From assembly GCF_007748075.1 (NCBI RefSeq), contig NZ_CP036280.1, positions 1,800,001 to 1,832,000 of the forward strand: a stretch of DNA of 32,000 bases. The letters are read 5' to 3'. The notes below the pieces were generated by a model. It did not search any database. It saw only the letters and a list, made by a program, of their open reading frames with translations, and had not been told where the DNA came from. Shown one piece after another: positions 17,150 through 24,713 of this stretch. The stretch is from Mucisphaera calidilacus. GTDB taxonomy: Bacteria; Planctomycetota; Phycisphaerae; Phycisphaerales; Phycisphaeraceae. The position numbers and the translations under genes are program-made. The stretch's first letter is position 1; the number at the start of each line of letters is the position of its first letter.

Positions 17150-18412
17150 CTAGCCCTTGTCGATCGTCAGAGGCGTCATCTTCTCCACCTGGCCCTGTGC
17201 GATCTTCTCAAAACCCGATCCCAGCTCGCCGATTGGGTCGGGCGGCAGGATCTCCACCACCTTCTCACCCAGCTTGACCTCCCCGCTCCGCACGCGGTCC
17301 TCGAACTTACGGCACTCCTCCAGCAGACGGTCCAGGATCTCCTCCTCCGGCACGTTCGCCACCTTCTGGCCCTGAACGTAAATGATCCCGCGACGGTCGC
17401 CCGCGAAAATCGCCACGTCCGCCCCCTCCGCCTCACCCGGCCCGTTGACGATGCAGCCCATCACCGCCACCTTGATCGGCAGCTCGATCTCCGCCGCCAG
17501 CTTCTCGCGAACCTCCTGCACCAGCGTGAACAGGTCCACCTGAATACGCCCGCATGTCGGACACGCGATCAGGTCCACACCCTTGCGCTCACGCAGCTCC
17601 AGGCAATAAAGCAGCTCCAGCCCGTCCTCCACCTCAAAAACCGGGTCGTTCGCGTAGCTGATCCGGATCGTGTCGCCGATCCCCGAAGCCAGCAGGTGGG
17701 CCAGCGGAGCCACGCTCCGGATCGCGCCCGTCTCCCGCGGCCCCGCGTGCGTCACGCCCAGGTGCAGCGGATGATCAAAACGCTTGCTGATCTCCGTGTA
17801 CGCGTCGATCACCAGCGTCGGGTCCGGGCTCTTCGCCGAGATCGTCACGTCATAAAAATCACGCTCGTAGAAGATCTCGAGGTACTCCTCGAGCTTCGCG
17901 ATCATGATCGCCAGGAAGTGCCCGTGCTTCGCCCCGGAGAAGACCCCGCCCAGCTCCTTCATCCGCTTCTGCTTGTCCCTGCGCTCGATGATCGAGCCCT
18001 CGTTCACCCCCACCCGGATCGGCAGCCCGCGCTCCTTGCAAGCGTCGATCACCTTCCCCACCTGCTCGCGGTCCTGAATATTGCCCGGGTTCAGCCGGAT
18101 CTTGTGCACCCCCGCCTCGATCGCCTCCAACGCCCGCTGGAAGTGAAAATGCACGTCCGCGACGATCGGCACCTTGACCTGCGGCAGGATCTCGGCCAGC
18201 GCCTCGGTGTCCTTCTTCTCAGGCACCGCGACGCGGACAATGTCCGCCCCCGCCGCCGCCAGCTTGTGGATCTCCGCCACGCACGCGTCCACGTCGTGGG
18301 TGTACCCCGAGGTCATCGTCTGCACGCTCACCGGTGCATCGCCGCCGATCGGCACCACGCCCACACGGTCATCACCCACCCGCACCTGCCTGGTCTTGCG
18401 TCGTTCGTTCAT
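17150..18412 (-). CDS. ispG: 4-hydroxy-3-methylbut-2-en-1-yl diphosphate synthase (flavodoxin)
   Basis: RKTRQVRVGDVxxGGDAPVSVQTMT, IVRVAVP, RLNPGN, VGVNxGS and CPTCGR...GCIVNGPGE are GcpE/IspG signatures. 420 aa with a C-terminal extension of about 45 aa. Confidence 0.95.
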   Translation of the reverse strand: MNERRKTRQVRVGDDRVGVVPIGGDAPVSVQTMTSGYTHDVDACVAEIHKLAAAGADIVRVAVPEKKDTEALAEILPQVKVPIVADVHFHFQRALEAIEAGVHKIRLNPGNIQDREQVGKVIDACKERGLPIRVGVNEGSIIERRDKQKRMKELGGVFSGAKHGHFLAIMIAKLEEYLEIFYERDFYDVTISAKSPDPTLVIDAYTEISKRFDHPLHLGVTHAGPRETGAIRSVAPLAHLLASGIGDTIRISYANDPVFEVEDGLELLYCLELRERKGVDLIACPTCGRIQVDLFTLVQEVREKLAAEIELPIKVAVMGCIVNGPGEAEGADVAIFAGDRRGIIYVQGQKVANVPEEEILDRLLEECRKFEDRVRSGEVKLGEKVVEILPPDPIGELGSGFEKIAQGQVEKMTPLTIDKG

Positions 18413-18452
18413 GCCTCGATTGTACGGGACATCCCGCGATCGGGTCTCATCC

Positions 18453-19190
18453 TCACGCCGCGTAGCCCATCGCCTCGAGCTCCCGCCCGAACAGGTCCTT
18501 GGCCAGCGCCCGCTGCCCCGCGGTCATCTCGTCGAGATACCGACCCGACGTCGCCTTGTTGAGCATCAGGTTCTGCTTCGTCGTGCCCTGTAGCTGACGC
18601 CGGTCGAACCGCGCCACGATCTCCGCCAACGCCCCGTCGTCCAGATCCAGCCCGAGGTGATCCGCCACCCGCCGCATCAGCAGCTCCGGCTCCACGAGCA
18701 TCTGCTCGTACCGGAGCATCAGCAACCCCTGCGTGCTCGACCACCTCTCCCACTCGGGGATATACAGCTCCGCCGCGTAGCGAAGCGCATCCTCCACCGT
18801 CCGCAGATCCTTCAGCTCGTGGCCGTGCCCCCCCGCCCGGGCACGCTCGCCGTGGTTCATCGCCGAGAGCGCCACGTCCCGCAGATCACGATAGATATAC
18901 GTGCCCCGCGCGGTGCCCACGGCCATCAGGGCTCGAAGCGACCGCGACGGCGCGAAGTGCGTCTTGCACAGCACCGCCTCGCCCATCGCGTGAGCCGGAA
19001 TGAGCCGCAGCAGCTTGCTCGGCGTCGCGTAGCTGATCTCGTTGGCCTTGCTCACCAGCACGCCATGCAGCCGGTAGCGGTCCCGGACTTCCTCCGCCGA
19101 CCGATAACCGTCTGCGACCAGCGCCGCGTCGGTCATGCTGTAGAGCCACGTGCTTCCGGACTTGGGCATGCTGCCGCTGATCACAATCAT
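18453..19190 (-). CDS. sulfotransferase-family protein
   Basis: MIVISGSMPKSGSTWLYS (5'-PSB PKSGSTW loop) and YIYRDLRDVALS (3'-PB-like). The ATG at 19190 is preferred because GGAGG lies just upstream. The track start is 19208. Confidence 0.75.
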   Translation of the reverse strand: MIVISGSMPKSGSTWLYSMTDAALVADGYRSAEEVRDRYRLHGVLVSKANEISYATPSKLLRLIPAHAMGEAVLCKTHFAPSRSLRALMAVGTARGTYIYRDLRDVALSAMNHGERARAGGHGHELKDLRTVEDALRYAAELYIPEWERWSSTQGLLMLRYEQMLVEPELLMRRVADHLGLDLDDGALAEIVARFDRRQLQGTTKQNLMLNKATSGRYLDEMTAGQRALAKDLFGRELEAMGYAA

Positions 19191-19305
19191 GCCCCCTCCA
19201 TCGGACACCCGCCGAAACGATCAGCACTCCCCGCAGCGGGCCGCGCCACCTCCGGTAATACGCTTGGTATTCTTGAGACGACGCCCTAGCCCACGGAGCA
19301 CCGCG

Positions 19306-20346
19306 ATGTCCAAGCCCGAACTCTACCCCCTGCGTTTCCAGCCCATCTACAAGGAAAAAGTCTGGGGCGGCCGCACCCTCGAACGCCTGGGGCGCGACCT
19401 GCCCGGCGACGCGACGACGCTCATCGGCGAGTCGTGGGAGATCGCCGACCTCGCCCAGACCTCCGCGTCGGGTGGCGGCGGCAACCCCGAGCATTCCGTC
19501 ATCGTCAACGGCCCCCTCGCCGGCCAGCGCATCGATCAGGTCATCCGCGACTACACCTCCGAGCTGATGGGCTCGGTCGCCCCCTCCCCCGAGGGCGGCT
19601 TCCCGCTGCTGATCAAGTTCCTCGACGCCCGCGAGAACCTCTCGGTCCAGGTGCACCCCTCGCCCGAGTACGCGTCGAAACACCCCGACGCCCACCTCAA
19701 GTCGGAGGCTTGGTACATCCTCGACTGCGAACCCGGCGCGGTGATCTACAAGGGCGTCATGGAGGGCGTCACGCCCGAACGCTTCCGCCAGGCGATCGAG
19801 GACGACGCGGTCAGGGAACTGATGATCGAGATCCCGGTCAAGCCCGGCGACTGCCACTACCTGCCCTCGGGCACCTGCCACGCCCTCGGCCAGGGCGTGC
19901 TGGTCGCTGAGGTGCAGACCCCCTCGGACACCACCTTCCGCGTCTACGACTGGGGGCGGACCGGGCGCGAGCTGCACCTTGACCAGGCGATCGAGTGCAT
20001 CCACTTCGGCCCGGCAGAAACCTCAGCCTTCGAGAGCAAGGCCCCGGCGATCAAGCCGGATCAGGCGTCGACACACCGGCTGGTGTCCTGCGACTACTTC
20101 GGCATCGACCGCGTGCACGCGCCGGACGGTTTTGAAGACTCGATCGCGGAGACGAACCCGACGATCTGGATGATCCTCAGCGGCTCGGGGCGTTTCGAGG
20201 TCCCGGGGCAGGAGGCGTATGCCTTCGCCGCAGGTCAGACCTGGCTGGTGCCGCCCGACCTGGGAGACGGCTGGGCGATGGTGGAGCACGAAGCGACCTG
20301 GCTGGAGGTGACGTTCGGCAAGACCGAGCCGATCCGCATGGCCTGA
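19306..20346 (+). CDS. manA: class I mannose-6-phosphate isomerase
   Basis: The internal ATG at 19306 (MSKPELYPLRFQPIYKEKVWGG) begins a type I PMI. Motifs are GESWEIAD, FPLLIKFLDARENLSVQVHP, KSEAWYIL and PSGTCHALGQG. The upstream part of track ORF 19150 overlaps the sulfotransferase gene and is rejected. Confidence 0.85.
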   Translation: MSKPELYPLRFQPIYKEKVWGGRTLERLGRDLPGDATTLIGESWEIADLAQTSASGGGGNPEHSVIVNGPLAGQRIDQVIRDYTSELMGSVAPSPEGGFPLLIKFLDARENLSVQVHPSPEYASKHPDAHLKSEAWYILDCEPGAVIYKGVMEGVTPERFRQAIEDDAVRELMIEIPVKPGDCHYLPSGTCHALGQGVLVAEVQTPSDTTFRVYDWGRTGRELHLDQAIECIHFGPAETSAFESKAPAIKPDQASTHRLVSCDYFGIDRVHAPDGFEDSIAETNPTIWMILSGSGRFEVPGQEAYAFAAGQTWLVPPDLGDGWAMVEHEATWLEVTFGKTEPIRMA

Positions 20347-20386
20347 GTTGTTGCGGCTTGTCATGCAGGGGGCCTGAAGGCCGGTG

Positions 20387-20422
20387 TTGTGCGCTGAGAC
20401 GCAGGACATTCTGCGCGCACAG
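20387..20422. repeat. inverted repeat pair 1 of the TTGTGCGC box
   Basis: TTGTGCGC at 20387-20394 and GCGCACAG at 20415-20422. The 7-bp arms TGTGCGC/GCGCACA are separated by a 20-nt spacer. Confidence 0.9.
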
Positions 20423-20469
20423 GATGACAACTTTGCAGATTTTTACACTTTTTCCGGTCAGAATCGGGT

Positions 20470-20527
20470 CGTTTTCAAGCGTTTTGGGCTCGTTTTCGTT
20501 CGTTTTGGAGCGTTTTGGTCCAAAACG
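20470..20527 (+). repeat. five helically phased CGTTTT direct repeats ending in a perfect 8-bp-arm palindrome
   Basis: CGTTTT starts at 20470, 20480, 20491, 20501 and 20511 (spacing 10, 11, 10, 10). The last unit forms CGTTTTGG-T-CCAAAACG (20511-20527). Additional T5 tracts lie at 20440-20444 and 20449-20453, and TTTT at 20534-20537. Confidence 0.9.
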
Positions 20528-20549
20528 GGCCGATTTTCGGTCGCGGCGT

Positions 20550-20574
20550 GCGCACAAATACCGTCCTTGTGCGC
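20550..20574. repeat. inverted repeat pair 2 of the TTGTGCGC box
   Basis: GCGCACAA at 20550-20557 and TTGTGCGC at 20567-20574. Perfect 8-bp arms with a 9-nt spacer ATACCGTCC. Confidence 0.9.
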
Positions 20575-20615
20575 CAGGGGCGATGGACACGAAAATGAGT
20601 ACAGGTTGATGTTGA

Positions 20616-21233
20616 TCAGCGTCTGCAGAGGGTGGCGAGGCCGAGGAGCATGAGGGAGACGGCGGCGGGCTCGGGAATGATGTTCATGGTGACGTCGTCT
20701 AGAGAGCCATCAGCAGCAATGACAACGCGGAAGTAGTCGATGGTGCCGTTGATCTGCCACTGCCAGCCTTCTGTCTCTTGGTTGGTGGTGGGCGAGAGGA
20801 TGATCTCGATGCCCTCCTGCGTGATGGCACCGCCTTCGGTCGGGAAGTCGGACGCCAAGATGGTCAGCGCAGAGAGGGAATCATCTTTGGGACGGATAGA
20901 GAGGTATTCGACAGAGGTGGTGAAGCCGAGTGTGATCGCGCTGGCGGGCGTATCTTCACTGACAGAGGTGATGTTTAGCCAGGCAGTACCACCACCGGCT
21001 CGACCGGGATATACACGAAGCAACTGGCCAGCAGGATATTCATCAAGACCAAAAAATGGCTGGGATATACCACCATATGACGTCGTGAATGCGATACCGT
21101 CACTGGCAGCTTCACCTGCCACACCAAAACTACTGTCGAGAGGCAGGTTCTCGAAGCTGGTGGAGAGAACCTCGGCGGAGAGCGAGGTGGTGGCACAGAG
21201 CAGGAGAACGGGGGAGAGGTTGAGGAGGTTCAT
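20616..21233 (-). CDS. PEP-CTERM sorting-domain secreted protein
   Basis: N-terminal signal peptide MNLLNLSPVLLLCATTSLSAEV. The C-terminus IIPEPAAVSLMLLGLATLCRR has the PEP motif, a TM helix and a basic tail. Confidence 0.8.
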   Translation of the reverse strand: MNLLNLSPVLLLCATTSLSAEVLSTSFENLPLDSSFGVAGEAASDGIAFTTSYGGISQPFFGLDEYPAGQLLRVYPGRAGGGTAWLNITSVSEDTPASAITLGFTTSVEYLSIRPKDDSLSALTILASDFPTEGGAITQEGIEIILSPTTNQETEGWQWQINGTIDYFRVVIAADGSLDDVTMNIIPEPAAVSLMLLGLATLCRR

Positions 21234-21294
21234 GGGGTTACTTTCTATGCCATTGTTTATTATAAGTTAAGATTGCGTGCTGTGCCGAACTATC

Positions 21295-21429
21295 TCACTC
21301 GTAATTCGTGGCCAGAATAGATAGGTCCAAGAGGTCGGTCACATCATCACCATTAAAATCTCCGTCTGCCCGGCCGGTATCGGTTAAGTCATAGTTTGAG
21401 GTCGAGATCAAGAGGTCGAGCAGAGCCAC
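21295..21429 (-). other. orphan dockerin/EF-hand-like Ca-binding repeat coding remnant (44-codon frame, GTG start at best)
   Basis: My own translation gives VALLDLLISTSNYDLTDTGRADGDFNGDDVTDLLDLSILATNYE-stop. DFNGDDVTDLLD fits the D-x-N-x-D-x(6)-D dockerin-type loop. It overlaps the esterase stop in another frame and has no ATG. Confidence 0.3.
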
Positions 21430-22211
21430 CGCCTGAGGAAGGCGATGGCGAGGTCGATCCAGTTCTGGGCCTCGGGAATGGGTGGTCGCCCGCCTGCGCC
21501 GGTGGCGAGGCCGAGGCCGTGCGGCCCCTCGGGGTAGAGGTGGAGTTCGACGGGGACTTTGTGCTCGATGCAGGCGTTCGCGAACTGGATGGAATTGTCG
21601 ACGGGGACGGAGGCGTCGTCGACGGTATGCCAGAGGAAGGCGGGGCAGGTTTCGGGAGAGACCCGGAGCTGGGTGCTCATCTTCTGGAGCGTGGCTTCGT
21701 CGGGGTCGGGGCCGAGGAGGTTGGCTGCGCTGCCGTTGTGCCGGATGCTGCTGTGCATGTCGATGACGGGGTAGCCGAGGATGACGGCGTCGGGTCTTCC
21801 GGAGTGCTGCTGGCGGAGGTCGTCGTGGTCGGCGGACATCTGGTCGCCGAAGACGGCGGCGCTGGAGCAGAGGTGTCCGCCTGCGGAGAAGCCGAGCGCG
21901 GCGACGCGTGCAGGGTCGACGCCCCAGGTCCGGGCGTTGTGACGCATCATGCGGATGGCACGCTGGAGGTCGTTGAGGGGGTCGGGGTGCCGGCTGGGGC
22001 TGACGCGGTAGCGGAGGACGGCGGCGGCAAAACCGGCGTCGATGAGTTTCCGGGCGACGGGTTCGGCTTCGTGGTCGGCGTGGTCGCGGTACCCCCCTCC
22101 CGGGCAGATGACGACGGCGGGCCGGTTGGCGTCGGGCTGCGGGTCGACGAGGGTGAGATTGGGGAGGCCTTCGGGGATAGCGGGCCAGATGGGGAGGGTT
22201 TGGTTGGGCAT
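21408..22211 (-). CDS. alpha/beta-hydrolase fold esterase/lipase
   Basis: 267 aa with VVICPGGGY (oxyanion-hole region), the GFSAGGHL nucleophile elbow (GxSxG) and a C-terminal His region (YPEGPHGLG). Confidence 0.85.
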   Translation of the reverse strand: MPNQTLPIWPAIPEGLPNLTLVDPQPDANRPAVVICPGGGYRDHADHEAEPVARKLIDAGFAAAVLRYRVSPSRHPDPLNDLQRAIRMMRHNARTWGVDPARVAALGFSAGGHLCSSAAVFGDQMSADHDDLRQQHSGRPDAVILGYPVIDMHSSIRHNGSAANLLGPDPDEATLQKMSTQLRVSPETCPAFLWHTVDDASVPVDNSIQFANACIEHKVPVELHLYPEGPHGLGLATGAGGRPPIPEAQNWIDLAIAFLRRWLCSTS

Positions 22212-22259
22212 GGGGTGGCTTGGGAATTGCGTGCGAGATCGGAGTTGCGTGTCTGTGGA

Positions 22260-22958
22260 TCAGGCGTGGCGGTCTGGTTTTCGCGCGCGGACAATGTAGT
22301 TCTTAGGGAAGCCGTAGGCGGTGAACTGATGGCGCAGGTCGAGTCGTGAGAGCAGGCGGGAGGCGAGCAGGAACATGGGGCGGGCGCAGAGCGCGACGGG
22401 TGTCATGGCGTAGCCGATGAGTCCGCCGCCATAGTGCCTGGGAGCGAGCGGGAGGTAGGAGGCCATCATGTGGCACATGTAGCCGGAGGTGGCGAAGAAG
22501 CCTTCGAGCCAGTCGATGCTTTCGATCTCGTAACCGGCTTTTTCGAACATCTCGCGCATGGCGAACTGCGTGTAGCGGTAGAAGTCGTAAGGCTGCTCGT
22601 GTTCTTCGTAGAGGAAGGGTGCGGAAGCAAGGATCACGCCGCCGGGTTTGGTGACCCGGTTGAGTTCCCTGAGGACTTCGATGGGGTTGGGCAGGTGTTC
22701 GAGGACCTGGCTGAGGAGGACGTAGTCGTAGCGGTCGTTCTCGACGGGGATGTCGGCGAGGTCGCAGACGTGGGTTGATGCGGCGTAGGGTTTGTCGACC
22801 TTCTCGAAGTCGGCCGACTCGTAGTGGGTGTGCGTGAAGAGGTGAGCGTAGGGCCCGTTGCCTGAGCCCGCGTCGAGCATGATGGCGTTGTCGGGCATTT
22901 CCGCGGCGTAGGCCTCGATCGCTCGGAGCAGATTCACACGGGACGGATTGACGTTCAC
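22260..22958 (-). CDS. class I SAM-dependent methyltransferase
   Basis: Motif I LDAGSGNGPY, post-I DFEKV, YDYVLLSQVLEHLPNP and LNRVTKPGG (Methyltransf_11-like). Confidence 0.85.
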   Translation of the reverse strand: MNVNPSRVNLLRAIEAYAAEMPDNAIMLDAGSGNGPYAHLFTHTHYESADFEKVDKPYAASTHVCDLADIPVENDRYDYVLLSQVLEHLPNPIEVLRELNRVTKPGGVILASAPFLYEEHEQPYDFYRYTQFAMREMFEKAGYEIESIDWLEGFFATSGYMCHMMASYLPLAPRHYGGGLIGYAMTPVALCARPMFLLASRLLSRLDLRHQFTAYGFPKNYIVRARKPDRHA

Positions 22959-23060
22959 GCTGGCTTCCCTTCGTCCGGTTTCCGGCCTGGGGTTGCCATG
23001 GGCTTGACGCGGGCGTGGCCGGATTGCGGGCCATGATACTGATGAGCGGCCCGGGTGCGT

Positions 23061-24641
23061 TCAGGCGATGGTTTCTGCCAGCGTGCCGAACAGGCTGAGG
23101 GTGGTGGCGCGTTGGATGTCGACGTTGACAACGGTGCCGGTGAGCGCTTCGTCGCCGTCAAAAAGGACGATGAGGTCACCTCCGGTTCGGCCTGAGAGCT
23201 GGGTGACTTGCCGCGTGGCGGTGCTGGTGTCGGATTCCCAGCCGAGTTCGACCTGGTTCTGCTTCTTGATTTCCTTGCGGCTGGCGCCCTCGACGAAGAC
23301 GGAGACCGTCTTGCCGACGTATCTGGCGTGGACGCGTTGGGATGCCTCGGCCTGGGCCTCAAGGAGTTCGCGGTTGCGTCGTTTCTTGATGTCGTCGGGG
23401 ACGTCGTCTTCGAGGCGGTCGTAAGCGACGGTTCCGGGTCGTGGCGAGTACTTGAAGATGAAGCTGTTCTTGAAGTCGGCGGTACGGAGGAGGTCGACGG
23501 TTTTCCAGTGATCGTCTTCGGTTTCGCCGCAGAAGCCGGTGATGATGTCGGTGGCGATCTCGACGTCGGGGATGATGCGTCGTGCGCGTTGGAGGAGGTC
23601 GCGGTACTGGTCGATGGTGTAGCCGCGGTTCATGGCCTTGAGCTGTGCGTCGGACCCGGACTGGACGGGGAGGTGGAGGTATCGGCAGATACGTGGGCAG
23701 TCGCGGATGGTCTCGAGGATATCGTCGCCGAAGTCACGGGGGAAGGAGGTGACGAAGCGGAGCCGCTGGAGCTCGGGGACGTTGTCGTGGATGAGTCGGA
23801 GCAGTTGTGCGAAGGAGGTGACGTCATCGGCGAAGACGGGCGAGGGCCCGCCGGTGCCTCGGTTGGGTGCGATGACGGAGCCGACCTGGGGCTGGGTGAC
23901 GCCTTCGACGGTGACGGCGGCGGCGTTGTCGTAGTGGTAGTGGTTGACGGTCTGTCCGAGGAGGGTGACCTCGACGGCTCCGGCGTCGACGAGCTTGCGG
24001 ACCTCGTCGAGGATGGCCTGAGGCGGTCGGTGGACTTCCTGCCCGCGTGTGAAGGGGACGACGCAGTAGGTGCAGTACTTGTTGCAGCCGCGTGTGATGC
24101 GGACGTAGGCGGAGTGTCCGTCGCGTTCGGGCGAGAAGGACCGGGCGAGGTCGATCATCTCGAGGGAGTCGCGTGCGGCCTGGAGGGTGGAGGCGCGTCG
24201 CTGGTTGTCGCCCTGGAGCGCGACCTGGGCGCTGCGGAGTCCGCCGCGGTCGTTGACCCGGGTTCGGAGGACGTTATCGATGAGGAGGGGGACCTTGTCG
24301 AGTTCGGAGGGCCCGCACATGAGGTCGACCTGGGGGTGCTTGCGGACGAGGTCGGTGCCGTCGCGTTCGGCCATGCACCCGATGACGCCGAGGACGAGGT
24401 CGGGCCGCGTGTCGCGTTTGTAGTCGCCCAGGATCCCGACGCGTGACCAGACCTTCTGCTCGGCGTGTTCGCGGACGGAGCAGGTGTTGTAGAGGACGAC
24501 GTCGGCGTCCTGCCATCGGTCGGTGAATCGGTAGCCGAGTCCCCGGAGCTGTCCGGCGACGAGTTCGGTGTCGAGGACGTTCATCTGGCAGCCGAAGGTC
24601 TCGATGAAGACCGCGGGTTGTTGCGGATTGGGTTGTTGCAT
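23061..24641 (-). CDS. miaB: tRNA-2-methylthio-N6-dimethylallyladenosine synthase (radical SAM methylthiotransferase)
   Basis: FIETFGCQMNVLDTE (MTTase N-domain), the radical-SAM cluster motif GCNKYCTYCVVP and a C-terminal TRAM-like domain. 526 aa. Confidence 0.9.
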   Translation of the reverse strand: MQQPNPQQPAVFIETFGCQMNVLDTELVAGQLRGLGYRFTDRWQDADVVLYNTCSVREHAEQKVWSRVGILGDYKRDTRPDLVLGVIGCMAERDGTDLVRKHPQVDLMCGPSELDKVPLLIDNVLRTRVNDRGGLRSAQVALQGDNQRRASTLQAARDSLEMIDLARSFSPERDGHSAYVRITRGCNKYCTYCVVPFTRGQEVHRPPQAILDEVRKLVDAGAVEVTLLGQTVNHYHYDNAAAVTVEGVTQPQVGSVIAPNRGTGGPSPVFADDVTSFAQLLRLIHDNVPELQRLRFVTSFPRDFGDDILETIRDCPRICRYLHLPVQSGSDAQLKAMNRGYTIDQYRDLLQRARRIIPDVEIATDIITGFCGETEDDHWKTVDLLRTADFKNSFIFKYSPRPGTVAYDRLEDDVPDDIKKRRNRELLEAQAEASQRVHARYVGKTVSVFVEGASRKEIKKQNQVELGWESDTSTATRQVTQLSGRTGGDLIVLFDGDEALTGTVVNVDIQRATTLSLFGTLAETIA

Positions 24642-24713
24642 GGGATCGCACAGGATAGCAGAGGGTGTGGCGTGGATTGGTCTGTCGGCGTGGTGTTAGC
24701 CGATGGATGGGTT

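Larger units (their letters stand above)
20347..20615. other. structured AT-richer spacer between convergent genes; candidate replication origin (or other architectural/ncRNA locus)
   Basis: A 269-bp non-coding gap between the manA stop and the PEP-CTERM gene stop. It contains phased T-tracts, five CGTTTT repeats and four TTGTGCGC boxes, and coincides with the strand-composition flip. Confidence 0.35.

Noticed and set aside
18886-20004. 372-aa minus-strand ORF, plus 30354-31253 (299 aa) and 31310-31963 (217 aa)
   Set aside because: They are antisense shadows of manA, queG and fabI, each of which has clear family motifs. The shadow ORFs have none.
20547-20574. Resemblance of CGTGCGCACAA to the XerC arm of E. 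coli dif (GGTGCGCATAA, 9 of 11)
   Set aside because: The two half-sites are separated by 9 nt rather than the 6-nt central region, and nothing resembles the conserved XerD arm (TTATGTTAAAT). The skew polarity also points to an origin rather than a terminus. I keep it only as an alternative to test.
20347-20615. Canonical DnaA boxes (TTATCCACA / TGTGGATAA or high-GC TTGTCCACA)
   Set aside because: None is present by eye. The closest are the TTGTGCGC(A) boxes (7 of 9 to TTGTCCACA) and GTGTCCATC (6 of 9) near 20583-20591, so I do not claim DnaA boxes.
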